From a virus: 64,000 nucleotides of DNA. Location of the stretch: IMG/VR virus record IMGVR_UViG_3300030104_003613. The stretch is one strand, 5' to 3'. A program made the position numbers and the translations under genes. Positions within the stretch are counted from its first letter, which is position 1. The number at the start of each line of letters is the position of its first letter. Under the pieces are notes generated by a model. The model ran no database searches. It had not been told where the DNA came from and saw nothing but the letters and a program-made list of their open reading frames with translations. This document shows, in pieces, positions 54,742-64,000 of the stretch.

Positions 54742-55586
54742 GACTTAGATCTGTCCATAAATTGTTGGAAAGTCTTACGATGTTTCTTTGCTGAACCTAC
54801 CTTATCTTTCAAAGTGTTGTAATCGTTGGCATCATAACTCTCATTCTTCTCCTTGGTCTTCTTCTTCATAGAGTTGATATACTTCCTATAGACTGCCGCC
54901 TCTGAAGACTTACCCATCTCTTTTGCTCTTTGTTCCATAGCAACCGCTGCCTGGATCTTGTGAGCATGAGATCTTGATGAATTGCGAATCTTAGAAACAG
55001 ATGCTTTGGCAGAAGCAACATCTTTAAAACCAAGTCCATGAATGGTGCCCTTGGGATTCTCATCGGTGTAAAGATCGGAGTGTTTCTTTGAATTAGCAGG
55101 TTGTCCCTTCTTTCTAGGAATACGAGGATTAGATTCCTCACTCATTCCTCCTCCGCCGTTGCCCCCGTTGGATCCAGAAGAACCACCCCCATTCCCATTA
55201 CCACCATTGCCATTCCCATTACCATTACCACTACCATTTTTGCCTCCGTTCTTACTGTCATCATCATCTTGCGAATGACCATTCTCCTTGCGGAGATAAC
55301 CAGCACGACCCACAACCTTAAATCCTTTAGGAATGGGTTTACACTTCTTGTCAGTATAGCAGTAATAATAACCGATTTTACACTTTTTGGATTCCTCTTC
55401 TATATCTAAAGATTCTACCTTGTTAGGCAATCCTTTGTGCTTGGTTCCGGCAAAGTCTTTAGCATCCTTTTTCTTGATAGATGCTGCTGCTTTCTTTACT
55501 TCAGGTGACGGGTTATCCATCTTACCTTTCTTGGCAGCATATACCATACCCATGAACCGTTGTTGTGCCTTACTTACTGCTGGCAT
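54738..55586 (-). CDS. modular probable internal head protein
   Basis: MPAVSKAQQRFMG module, Cys module, Gly-Asn linker and HSDLYTDENPKGTI module. Confidence 0.75.
   Translation of the reverse strand: MPAVSKAQQRFMGMVYAAKKGKMDNPSPEVKKAAASIKKKDAKDFAGTKHKGLPNKVESLDIEEESKKCKIGYYYCYTDKKCKPIPKGFKVVGRAGYLRKENGHSQDDDDSKNGGKNGSGNGNGNGNGGNGNGGGSSGSNGGNGGGGMSEESNPRIPRKKGQPANSKKHSDLYTDENPKGTIHGLGFKDVASAKASVSKIRNSSRSHAHKIQAAVAMEQRAKEMGKSSEAAVYRKYINSMKKKTKEKNESYDANDYNTLKDKVGSAKKHRKTFQQFMDRSKS
55145..55255 (-). repeat. low-complexity Gly-Asn coding repeat
   Basis: KNGGKNGSGNGNGNGNGGNGNGGGSSGSNGGNGGGG. Confidence 0.85.
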
Positions 55587-55587
55587 A

Positions 55588-56745
55588 TCACTTTTTCTTT
55601 TTAGTATCCATGATGGCACCTTTACCATACTTGGCAGTGATATCTGCTTTTACTCTATCCAAAGCAGACATGCCACCAGCAGGTTTCTTCTTACCTGCGA
55701 GGTTTGGTTTACCAGGTGGTCTTCTGTAATCAACATTACCATCTACACCACCACGCTCCATGCGACGGTCTTTCAAAGAATCTTCTGTAGACTCTTTCAT
55801 CTTCTCACGTTTTGCCTTTGCCTTGGCAAGAAGTCTATCACGGGCAGCGTCTCTATCTTTCTTCGGGATAGGAGTTACAGCACCAACCTTTTGGTCAACA
55901 TCACCAGGTTCATAACCTTCAGCATGACCCATAGGCAGTCTGCCCTGTTTCTGCATTTGAATTCTTTGCCTTGACAGCATTTGCTGTCTCTTCATCATTT
56001 GCTCTTTGTTTTTGAGTTGCTGTTTCTGCTGGGGATCCATCTGACCAGTAGTTGATCCTGCTTCTTCTTTTTGTGTACCAGACATTGTGGTGTTGGTATT
56101 GATAGAAGAACCAGATGTTTTCTTTTTAGCAGGAGCATTAGAACCAGCCTTCGCAGCAGCAGCACCAAGAGAGGCAGCACCACTTACAGCGGAACCAGCA
56201 CCTTTGGCAAGACCACCAACTGCTGAACCAGCTGCTCTAATAGCGGCAGGTGCTACCCTTCTAGCGGCAAATCCTCCTGCTATTTTCAAACCTTTGGCTA
56301 GTCCAGCAACAACAGCAGGCGCAGCCTCATCAATATTTTGAAGATCTTCTTCGGTCAACTCATATAAATCAAGAACCTCGGCACCAATCTCTTCAAATGC
56401 CTCCTTCATATCAGGGTTGATGAGAATCTTATTTTTAACTTTCTTCTCTTTAATTTCTTTAGACATCTCTGTGTCTTTCTTTGCTTCCGATGAAGGAATG
56501 TCAGCGATTTCGCGAATCTCCTCTCTCCATGAAGAAAATCTTTCAGACAATCCAAGGGATTGCTTGACTGTAGCGCGGTCAGTAGCAGTCACACCAGAAG
56601 CACTACTCATGTAATCGTTGAATGCCTTGAAGAGGTTGCCACCTTCCTTCCTTGCCTTATAACGAATCGCTTTCGTTATCTGCCTAACACGCTGTTTAGA
56701 TTCGTCAGGAGCATTACCCTGCGCCAGATCTTCTTCAGAAATCAT
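55588..56745 (-). CDS. modular probable internal head protein
   Basis: Acidic, Ala/Gly-rich and Lys-rich segments separated by xxE motifs. Confidence 0.7.
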   Translation of the reverse strand: MISEEDLAQGNAPDESKQRVRQITKAIRYKARKEGGNLFKAFNDYMSSASGVTATDRATVKQSLGLSERFSSWREEIREIADIPSSEAKKDTEMSKEIKEKKVKNKILINPDMKEAFEEIGAEVLDLYELTEEDLQNIDEAAPAVVAGLAKGLKIAGGFAARRVAPAAIRAAGSAVGGLAKGAGSAVSGAASLGAAAAKAGSNAPAKKKTSGSSINTNTTMSGTQKEEAGSTTGQMDPQQKQQLKNKEQMMKRQQMLSRQRIQMQKQGRLPMGHAEGYEPGDVDQKVGAVTPIPKKDRDAARDRLLAKAKAKREKMKESTEDSLKDRRMERGGVDGNVDYRRPPGKPNLAGKKKPAGGMSALDRVKADITAKYGKGAIMDTKKKK

Positions 56746-56751
56746 GACTCT

Positions 56752-58065
56752 CTACTTTTTCTTATACTTATTTATGAATGAGCGAGCACTTTTGCCGTCA
56801 TATGCTTTACCACCAGGTTGAAGGTTCTTCCCACCGTCTTCATGACCAGGAGTCATATCAGCAGCATACTTGAAGTATCCTTTGGTTCCGATCAATGTGT
56901 TTGCCTTGCCAGGAAGTCTTTCTTTCTTATCCATCTTGACTTCACTATACTCACGAATGTCCCTAATCCAGGACTTGAACATCACATTGTCCTCTGTTAC
57001 ACAGATCAGATAGTTAGTTCCTCTACGAACAATCTTACCAATCAATCCTGTGTTTAGATTCTCAACCAGTTGATCAATATTGAAGATCTTACCAGTGACA
57101 TAGTTCTCTCTAAGGTTTCTCCAATCAAACTTGGGAGCAATCTCCCACAAGTTCCAACCCTCTTTAATTTTCATCTTCTTACGAAGACCCATCATCATTT
57201 GTTTGGCAGTCTTATCATCAATATTATCAGGAACACCCTTTCTAAATGTCTCAAAATCATCTGATGCGGCCGCCTTTCTCATCTTGGAGGCTGACATCCC
57301 CTCGATGCCCTCAGCGTCGGGATCTCTTTCTCCAGCAGATACAGTCTCCAGACTAGAAAAATCATAGAGTTTACCATTGTAATCTCCTGAGAGTTTTTCA
57401 AACTCTTTAACTCGGTCACCACCGACCACAATTTGAATACTTGAATGTCCATCATCATACCCCTGCTTCAAAACGTCAAAGATAGTCCTAGAGTTAGGAT
57501 CATTTACTATACTATCCGAATGATCCGGGAACATCTGTTTCATGATGTCCACTTTCTCATCGGGATCATAAGGATTCTTCTTATTATCTTGCGATCTAGA
57601 AGGATATATTTTTAATCTTCCTTTGCCTGCTGTTTTCTTCGCAGCATCTAACAATTTCTTATGTCCAACAGTCGGGGGATTAAACCTACCAAATACAACT
57701 GTCAGAGGTCCAAGGTCTTCTTTAGGAGAACCATCTGCCCTCGTAGGTGCTGGCATTCGTCTTGGACTACCATCTTCAAAACTTCCATACTCTGATGATT
57801 GTCCATCTTCTTCTGGAGCAGCGGTTGATTGCTGTTGATTTGATTCAGGTTCAGACTGTCGGGTGGTTGTTGATTTTTCATCTTCCTTCGCAGAAGTTTG
57901 TTTCTGATTTATAAATTCAAGTCGTCCACTTTTGGTTTTGGCAGCAAGATTACCGTTTTTGTCATACCAGTTTCCATGTCCATCACCAGTCAACCCACGA
58001 CGCTCCGCTTGGTCGGATGCCATGGATGTTCTTGCTTCTTTTAGGAAATTAAAAAACGACTTCAT
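56752..58065 (-). CDS. cytidylyltransferase-family nucleotidyltransferase with a capsid-targeting-like N-terminus
   Basis: FGRFNPPTVGH, VVGGDR and MSASKMR motifs; N-terminus MKSFFNFLKEA. Confidence 0.85.
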   Translation of the reverse strand: MKSFFNFLKEARTSMASDQAERRGLTGDGHGNWYDKNGNLAAKTKSGRLEFINQKQTSAKEDEKSTTTRQSEPESNQQQSTAAPEEDGQSSEYGSFEDGSPRRMPAPTRADGSPKEDLGPLTVVFGRFNPPTVGHKKLLDAAKKTAGKGRLKIYPSRSQDNKKNPYDPDEKVDIMKQMFPDHSDSIVNDPNSRTIFDVLKQGYDDGHSSIQIVVGGDRVKEFEKLSGDYNGKLYDFSSLETVSAGERDPDAEGIEGMSASKMRKAAASDDFETFRKGVPDNIDDKTAKQMMMGLRKKMKIKEGWNLWEIAPKFDWRNLRENYVTGKIFNIDQLVENLNTGLIGKIVRRGTNYLICVTEDNVMFKSWIRDIREYSEVKMDKKERLPGKANTLIGTKGYFKYAADMTPGHEDGGKNLQPGGKAYDGKSARSFINKYKKK

Positions 58066-58089
58066 TATAGTTATTCCTCATAAAAATAT

Positions 58090-59490
58090 TTAGTATAACT
58101 TACCAAAGGGTCCAAACTTATTACCTTTCTTGATAGCAAGGAAGACCATATCAGTCCACACCTCAAGTTGATCTTTTTCGGGGTTAATCTTATAAAGAGC
58201 ATTCAAAAATGACAACTGCATCAACTTTGAGTTAGCAACATATGGTTCTGTCAAGAATTTGTTTTCTATATTAGTGACAAACTCGTCACTGGTGTTAATG
58301 TCTGTATCTGCTTTTTTACTAACAAAATTAAACATCGTTACATATTCTCTCTTTTTCTTTCTAAAATCCTCTATGTTTTGAGGATAATTCTTATTTGACT
58401 TATCAAAGTTCTGTCCATTGTCCTTCAAGAGTTGAACAACCTGATCAACCTGTGCCTTACCACCCCTGGCAGCACCAGCACCAATCTGTGTTGCTTCCCA
58501 TTTCAAATTAGAGAAACTTTTAGAATCATTTGCCTTAATCTGAAACTTGTATCCTTGACCACCAGACTTTGTAAGTTTGACTACAGTATCTTGAGACATG
58601 TTGGCATCTAATCTAATTTTAGATTCCACATCAGGAAAGTTATAATCATCTCTTTCTTCTAGTGTGAGTTCCTTAACGTTAAACTCTTCCCACTTTGCCT
58701 GACTACCTGATACTTTTTTAAGAGAAACACCAACAACAATCTTTTTCTTAAACATCTCTCTCATGATTGAATTTAATTCTTCAATCGTTTGTGTTGTTTT
58801 TGATCCAGCAACATTATCCTCGATAACTTTTGTCACCGAAGCGACACTACCCTTGATGATCCACATATCAGCAGGATCCCAGTTGTCTTTCTTGGTGATA
58901 CCAAACTTTTGATTAACTAATTGAGAGATATAATCCATGAAAGAACCAGTTCCACTATGATCAAACACATCAAACTGTGCGGAACTATACAGTTTGAACA
59001 TGGTGACATGCTGTTTCCAGAAGACTTCCAACCATTCAAAATCAACAGAGGGATATACTTCCTTGATGCCTTTCATCGTAACATTATCTTCCATCATCTT
59101 TTCAACAGATGGCCATGTCTTATTGTCTTTTAATACACGCTCAAAGACATACGTTGATGCTTTCTCCTGCATCAATGTTGTCTTGGCATCTGCTTTCTTT
59201 CCACCTAGTGGTTTATATTGAATGACAGCACTTTTCACTGTTCCTTGATTTTGAAAAGGCACAACTGTGGCAGGAAATGATGACCCCGCCATCTTTGTCG
59301 TGGTGTAATCAAGTTTCATCTTATCAAAGTTCTCATGAATCTGACTGGCAAGTGCCATCCTATCAGGTGCGGAGAAGACATACTTCATACGCACCTTGGA
59401 TGATTCATCCTTTGTTTTAATAGAGGGATCTTTTAAGAACTGCTCAATGCCATCGAATACATCACGAGGTGTATTTCTTGAAATTGCCAT
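58090..59490 (-). CDS. hypothetical protein, possible PD-(D/E)XK nuclease fold
   Basis: QE...DNWDPADMW...GVSLKK pattern. Confidence 0.6.
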   Translation of the reverse strand: MAISRNTPRDVFDGIEQFLKDPSIKTKDESSKVRMKYVFSAPDRMALASQIHENFDKMKLDYTTTKMAGSSFPATVVPFQNQGTVKSAVIQYKPLGGKKADAKTTLMQEKASTYVFERVLKDNKTWPSVEKMMEDNVTMKGIKEVYPSVDFEWLEVFWKQHVTMFKLYSSAQFDVFDHSGTGSFMDYISQLVNQKFGITKKDNWDPADMWIIKGSVASVTKVIEDNVAGSKTTQTIEELNSIMREMFKKKIVVGVSLKKVSGSQAKWEEFNVKELTLEERDDYNFPDVESKIRLDANMSQDTVVKLTKSGGQGYKFQIKANDSKSFSNLKWEATQIGAGAARGGKAQVDQVVQLLKDNGQNFDKSNKNYPQNIEDFRKKKREYVTMFNFVSKKADTDINTSDEFVTNIENKFLTEPYVANSKLMQLSFLNALYKINPEKDQLEVWTDMVFLAIKKGNKFGPFGKLY

Positions 59491-60605
59491 CAGTCACTCC
59501 AACTATCTACAATCTCCTGGATTCTTGCGAGTTCTGCTTCGGAGAACTGTACACTCTCGTTCTTTGGAGCGGGAGGAAGAGGTCTGCCATCAGGAAGAGT
59601 CTTCTTACCCATCTTTCTCTCATGGGCAAAGACATCAACTTTCTTCTTAGGTTTGCCACCACCACGAATCATAGCAGCACCTGTACCATATCCTTCCATG
59701 GTAGTACAATCTTCTTTACCGTGCTTGGGGCAATCTTCGCCTTTAGCATTGTGAGCACAGGCATCTTCTTTCATGCCTTTCTTGCCTTTCTTCTTATCGG
59801 AAAGAGCCTTCTTCATTGACTCCTTTTCATTACCATCCTTATCAAAGTCAAGATAATCAGGTTTTGCTGCTTCGTAAACAGACTTATAAGCATCTGCCCA
59901 TGATTCCTTCATGGACTTCTTCTTCATATTGGCTTTTTGATATGCCAAATAACTTCTGTCTTTACTACTCATACGAGCTTGACCTTGTGGTTTCTTTGAA
60001 CCACCAGCAGGGTTAGGACCAGTGTTCTGTGCTTTGTAGGAGTAGTTTGCTCCACTACCCTTGGAATCACCAGAGACCATCTTACCTGCCATAGAGCGAC
60101 TATCCTGATACTCTTTCTCAGATTGACCGTGCTTACCCTTGTAGAGTTCAAGTAGACCTGCCTTTACACCAGCACGGTCTTCTGCTACCAGAGCACTGTG
60201 ATGTTTTTGAATTCTCTTATCCTGATTAAATCTAGCAGACCAGGTTTCTTGAAGTTTCTTCGCGTGTCTATACTCAATAAATGATTCCAGTCTATTTGCT
60301 TTTGACTTGATACGATTAAACGTTTCAGTAAAAGCACCAAGGATTCTAGATAACTTTTTATTTCTTCCTACGTTCTCACCTTCTACAAGGACTTCAGAGA
60401 AAATACTTTCTACTCTCTCTAAAGTCATCTCCTCATTAAATAAGGTTTCACAGACTTCTTCAGCAATTTCACGAAGATCATTATCAGTGAGAGTCGCAGT
60501 GTTCATTTCACTTATGAGGTCTCTCTCAGAGTAATACTCTTCTTTTGCCTCAGAATTATGGACAGCGGCATATGCTCCCATAAAGTTACGCATTGCTGAA
60601 GACAT
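59490..60605 (-). CDS. modular probable internal head protein
   Basis: Repeated modules such as LYKGKHGQ, KPDYLDFDKDGN and CAHN...CPKHG...C; late promoter upstream. Confidence 0.7.
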   Translation of the reverse strand: MSSAMRNFMGAYAAVHNSEAKEEYYSERDLISEMNTATLTDNDLREIAEEVCETLFNEEMTLERVESIFSEVLVEGENVGRNKKLSRILGAFTETFNRIKSKANRLESFIEYRHAKKLQETWSARFNQDKRIQKHHSALVAEDRAGVKAGLLELYKGKHGQSEKEYQDSRSMAGKMVSGDSKGSGANYSYKAQNTGPNPAGGSKKPQGQARMSSKDRSYLAYQKANMKKKSMKESWADAYKSVYEAAKPDYLDFDKDGNEKESMKKALSDKKKGKKGMKEDACAHNAKGEDCPKHGKEDCTTMEGYGTGAAMIRGGGKPKKKVDVFAHERKMGKKTLPDGRPLPPAPKNESVQFSEAELARIQEIVDSWSD

Positions 60606-60628
60606 CTTCTTTACACATTACTTTTTTA

Positions 60629-60636
60629 TATTTATA
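60629..60636 (-). promoter_or_regulatory. late promoter TATAAATA
   Basis: Exact match upstream of the 59490..60605 gene. Confidence 0.75.
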
Positions 60637-60640
60637 TGTG

Positions 60641-60898
60641 TTATAGTTTTCCGTCAACAACGCCACTGTTAGCAATTCTTACACTGCCCTCTGGCCACCC
60701 ATCCTGTTCACATTTAAGATGCCAACGTGTCATGTCAACAGAAGCCTCCTTGGTCGGACCAGTTAACATCTGACGACCCTCCTTTGTCATCGTTGAGAAG
60801 AGACCAAATCGTGTTTCCCAGACATAGAAAACATCATCAATCAGTTCGCTTCCTTCAGGTATCACTGGAAATGTTTCAGGTGTCGTTATCGTCTGCAT
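60641..60898 (-). CDS. hypothetical protein
   Basis: IDDVFYVWETRFG...VVDGKL; start reassigned. Confidence 0.7.
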   Translation of the reverse strand: MQTITTPETFPVIPEGSELIDDVFYVWETRFGLFSTMTKEGRQMLTGPTKEASVDMTRWHLKCEQDGWPEGSVRIANSGVVDGKL

Positions 60899-61103
60899 CA
60901 CTTTCCTCTTTTGTTTTGTTAAATCCAAATGGTCCTTCTTTTTCATCTAAAACAAGTTTCAAGGCAACACCACCGACTGCCTCCATAACTTTTAAGATAT
61001 CCTCTGCCTTGGCATCTTCACCAAGTTCCTTCGCAACATACCAATACTTAGGCCAGAATGATTCACCTGCTTTTTGATAATCTTCAAGCGTTAATAGTTT
61101 CAT
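60876..61103 (-). CDS. conserved hypothetical protein
   Basis: YQKAGESFWPKYWYVAKELG motif. Confidence 0.75.
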   Translation of the reverse strand: MKLLTLEDYQKAGESFWPKYWYVAKELGEDAKAEDILKVMEAVGGVALKLVLDEKEGPFGFNKTKEESDADDNDT

Positions 61104-61330
61104 TAGAATCCACCTCCTTTAGTTTTCTTTTTCTTTTTGATATGATTATTCATATCTACTTTTGATTCGGAAAGAATCTCTTTCAACCTTTCCTCATCAT
61201 AGGGATCGCAGAGTTGAATCATACGATCCAGAGCATATTGAAATTGAGAACCCTTACTCATTTTACTGAGCAAATAACGTGCTACATCGTATCTGAGTTC
61301 TTCAAGTTCATTGGGTGTCATCTTCGACAT
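61103..61330 (-). CDS. hypothetical protein
   Basis: ORF in the - strand run. Confidence 0.65.
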   Translation of the reverse strand: MSKMTPNELEELRYDVARYLLSKMSKGSQFQYALDRMIQLCDPYDEERLKEILSESKVDMNNHIKKKKKTKGGGF

Positions 61331-61514
61331 GACTCTTTAGCAGTTCTTCAATTTGTTCATCTAGATCAACGATCACAGTGCGAAGTTCCACAACTCTCGG
61401 TGGACAACAAGATGGATCATAGGTATAGATTTTAGTATCACGAAACAGTGATTCACGAACCGCAGCAGCAGTCCTTACGTCCATATTAAGTTTAATTCCT
61501 TTTCCGCAACTCAC
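61308..61514 (-). CDS. hypothetical protein
   Basis: ORF coupled to mazG. Confidence 0.65.
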   Translation of the reverse strand: MSCGKGIKLNMDVRTAAAVRESLFRDTKIYTYDPSCCPPRVVELRTVIVDLDEQIEELLKSHVEDDTQ

Positions 61515-61915
61515 AGGTCTCCCTCCTTTCTGTTTTCTGAATAGTGTACATCAAATGTGCCTTCTGGGTATCTGGCACTTAACTTGTCAACGTTCATCTG
61601 CATGAGTTCGTCGAAGTCAGTATCAAGTGCCATACACGCTTGCGCGATATACCACATGATATCACCAAGTTCTTTTTTCATGTGAATGATGTTTGCTTCT
61701 TCGTAGGGTTTGCCTTGAAGAAAGATCTTCTTGACAATCTCGGCAAACTCACCCGCTTCAGCGGTGATACCCAGAGCAGCAGTGGTCAACTTGGGAACAT
61801 CAGCACCTAATCCCTCCAGTTCGGCAAGTCGGGTAGCCAGATCTTGAAAGTAAGTGCTGGGGCGACTTGTCGTTTGAGCAACGAAGTCAATATATTTTAC
61901 GGGGTCAACGGTCAT
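61511..61915 (-). CDS. mazG: MazG-family nucleotide pyrophosphohydrolase
   Basis: EAGEFAEIVKK...KELGDIMWY...KLSARYP motifs. Confidence 0.92.
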   Translation of the reverse strand: MTVDPVKYIDFVAQTTSRPSTYFQDLATRLAELEGLGADVPKLTTAALGITAEAGEFAEIVKKIFLQGKPYEEANIIHMKKELGDIMWYIAQACMALDTDFDELMQMNVDKLSARYPEGTFDVHYSENRKEGDL

Positions 61916-61947
61916 AGTTTTAGATTAATGTGTTTTTTACTGTTAGG

Positions 61948-63318
61948 TTAGAACTTGAAACCTTCAAAAGATTTTCTTGGTTTCTCTTCTTGCTCATACT
62001 CGTCCTGCTTGCTCTCTAATAAGTCATCTTGTGCTGATTGTTCACAATCATACAACCGCATCTTTGCCCTGTCAATACCGACGACAAATCGTTTAAACAG
62101 AGTGATATCATTATACCTGTTCTTGAGTTGTTTTACAAGTATCTGTCCCAACTCTTCAAGCTCGTCAGTTTTAATAAGGGCAAACATAAGATCAGCAGTA
62201 GCAGGGAGGCCAAAGGACTCACTAGTATCAGTGAGTTCAATATCACTGCTGCCATAACCAGAGCGAGTGGTCTGCGTGGCAGAAACGATAGGGACGTTTG
62301 CCTCGCAAGCCAATCCTCTAAGTTCTTCAGCAATTGCTTTGACAACTGTATATGAATTGACATTGCTACCTGCGCGATATCTTTCGGAAGCACATATATT
62401 AAGGTAATCAATGAAAATAATATCAGGTCTAAATGACTTCTTAAGAGCAAGTTCGTTAAGAAGTGACCTGAAGTGACCAGCATGAGCAGATGCCGTGGCG
62501 TATTCTTTAATTATAAGAGTGCCCTGTGTTTTCTGGGCAACGTTGTTAACTTTGCTTTCAAACATCTGCTTGGGTAGATCAGCAATGTCCTGAATGTTAA
62601 CGTTCAGGAGATTGGCATCAATACGTTCGGCAATCTTTTCCTCCGCCATTTCAGCAGTGATATACAAGACATTCTTATTCTGAAGTAGAACAGCAGAGGC
62701 CATGTGACACATAAAGAGAGACTTACCAACACCAGTGCCAGCAAGAGCAATATTGAGTGTTTTGTTAGGAAGACCACCCTTTGTAATCTTGTTAAAGAAT
62801 TCAAGGTCGAACGGAATCCTAGACTCTTTCCTGTTGTATAAGTCATACCGTTCTTCGTAGTCTATTAAGTAATCGTGTCCGATATGATTGTCGAAAGATA
62901 CAGCAAGTGCTTCCGACATAATTGAAGGAATAGCATCTGATGTTCTCTTATCGTCGTTTCCATCAGCAATACCGATTGATTGAAGAAGTGCCAGATAAAT
63001 GGCACGATCACGACACCATTTCTCTGTGGTGTCCATCAACCAATCCTGATCTACAGGATCACTATCAAGGTAACTAATTAATTTAGAGATTTCCTTGAAG
63101 GTCTGCTCATTAATGTCATTACGCTTTTCGATCTCAATGTTCAGAACCTCCTTGGTCGGAATCTGATTGTATTGAGTTACAAAAGAATTAATCTCCTCAT
63201 ACACATTCTTCTGATTAGGATCTTCAAAGTATTCTGATTTGATAAAGGGAATTACTTTTCTCCAATACTCTTCGTTGTGAAGAAGGTTTCTCAAAATCAA
63301 AAATTCAATCTTATCCAT
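61948..63318 (-). CDS. gp41: replicative DNA helicase gp41
   Basis: AGTGVGKS, DYLNIC, SATQTTR and KQLKNRY motifs; start reassigned to MDKIEF. Confidence 0.95.
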   Translation of the reverse strand: MDKIEFLILRNLLHNEEYWRKVIPFIKSEYFEDPNQKNVYEEINSFVTQYNQIPTKEVLNIEIEKRNDINEQTFKEISKLISYLDSDPVDQDWLMDTTEKWCRDRAIYLALLQSIGIADGNDDKRTSDAIPSIMSEALAVSFDNHIGHDYLIDYEERYDLYNRKESRIPFDLEFFNKITKGGLPNKTLNIALAGTGVGKSLFMCHMASAVLLQNKNVLYITAEMAEEKIAERIDANLLNVNIQDIADLPKQMFESKVNNVAQKTQGTLIIKEYATASAHAGHFRSLLNELALKKSFRPDIIFIDYLNICASERYRAGSNVNSYTVVKAIAEELRGLACEANVPIVSATQTTRSGYGSSDIELTDTSESFGLPATADLMFALIKTDELEELGQILVKQLKNRYNDITLFKRFVVGIDRAKMRLYDCEQSAQDDLLESKQDEYEQEEKPRKSFEGFKF

Positions 63319-63319
63319 T

Positions 63320-63877
63320 CTAATTTCCTTTCCAATTCCAGAGACAGTATGATGACATGATATATTTCTCACCCTTGGTTACGGGGGTGCCCTCATGTGG
63401 GAACAACCAGTAAGGAGGGAATACTACCACAGATCCCTTCTTTGGTTTGATTGACATTTCAGGATAAAAGATAGTTTCTCCGCCTTCAAAATCATCATTG
63501 AGATAGAATAGCATCGCAACGAATCTTTGACTAGTGTCAATGGATGCTACATCAGCATGTCTCTTGTATACATCATCAGTTCCACCAACATACTTTTTGA
63601 TGTTGGACCCCTCAAAGTCAAAGTCTCTTGTATTGAAGTGAAGACCATACTCACCTAACCATTCTTGATACTTACGAGCGATTGCCAAGTATACATTATG
63701 GAGTTTTTGTTCTGCTTTGGGATGATGATTACAAATGAAAAGATTGGTCCAGTTTGGATACCCTCCCTTTTCCAATCTATCTTTGTGTTCACTTTCTTCA
63801 AAGATTTTGATTAGTTCATCACAAATAACATCAGGCAGAACACCATCAATTTTTAGAACAAAGTCAAGTACATTCAT
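63320..63877 (-). CDS. 2OG-Fe(II) oxygenase (prolyl-4-hydroxylase-like)
   Basis: HAD...YLNDDFEGGET...HEG...KY motifs. Confidence 0.9.
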   Translation of the reverse strand: MNVLDFVLKIDGVLPDVICDELIKIFEESEHKDRLEKGGYPNWTNLFICNHHPKAEQKLHNVYLAIARKYQEWLGEYGLHFNTRDFDFEGSNIKKYVGGTDDVYKRHADVASIDTSQRFVAMLFYLNDDFEGGETIFYPEMSIKPKKGSVVVFPPYWLFPHEGTPVTKGEKYIMSSYCLWNWKGN

Positions 63878-64000
63878 GAACCGTAGGAAAACTCCTCCTT
63901 CGCAATGACATCTAGTTTCTCCATAACTTCTGGAGTAAAATATGCTTCAGGATCTTTCAGAATCGCTTTGGCATATACTTTCTTGCCATCTATTTCATAG
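63874..64000 (-). CDS. uvsX: C-terminus of the RecA-like recombinase UvsX (partial)
   Basis: Manual translation YEIDGKKVYAKAILKDPEAYFTPEVMEKLDVIAKEEFSYGS; position upstream of gp41. Confidence 0.8.
   Translation of the reverse strand, partial: YEIDGKKVYAKAILKDPEAYFTPEVMEKLDVIAKEEFSYGS

Noticed and set aside
1-64000. CRISPR array, insertion sequence or integrase
   Set aside because: No regularly spaced repeats, transposase or recombinase motifs seen by eye

Overview
This window is 64 kb of a T4-like cyanophage (cyanomyovirus) genome, probably infecting marine Synechococcus/Prochlorococcus; almost all genes lie on the - strand. In order: baseplate/tail/head-completion genes (gp51, gp26, gp54-like, gp4, gp2, gp48, gp53); replication and transcription genes (gp32, gp59, gp33, exonuclease, phoH, thyX); small hypothetical genes including a DUF4278 gene under a tandem glutamine-riboswitch-like RNA; photosynthesis and auxiliary metabolic genes (psbD, talC, psbA, ndhP-like, truncated gnd, petE, three hli, pstS); a convergent cassette of secreted/membrane proteins; a ~16.6 kb nucleotide-sugar/glycosyltransferase island; three tRNAs with structured RNA spacers; nrdB, nrdA and primase; probable internal head proteins; mazG, gp41, a 2OG-Fe(II) oxygenase and the 3' end of uvsX. 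The strongest candidate for novelty is a tandem glutamine-aptamer-like RNA whose second aptamer loop contains a complete 55-codon ORF, upstream of DUF4278. Other candidates are two structured RNAs in the tRNA operon, a switch-like leader on an outer-membrane protein gene, interlocked terminator/promoter pairs, capsid-targeted modular proteins and a PagL-like duplicated barrel. All family assignments come from motif recognition by eye; no database searches were run.
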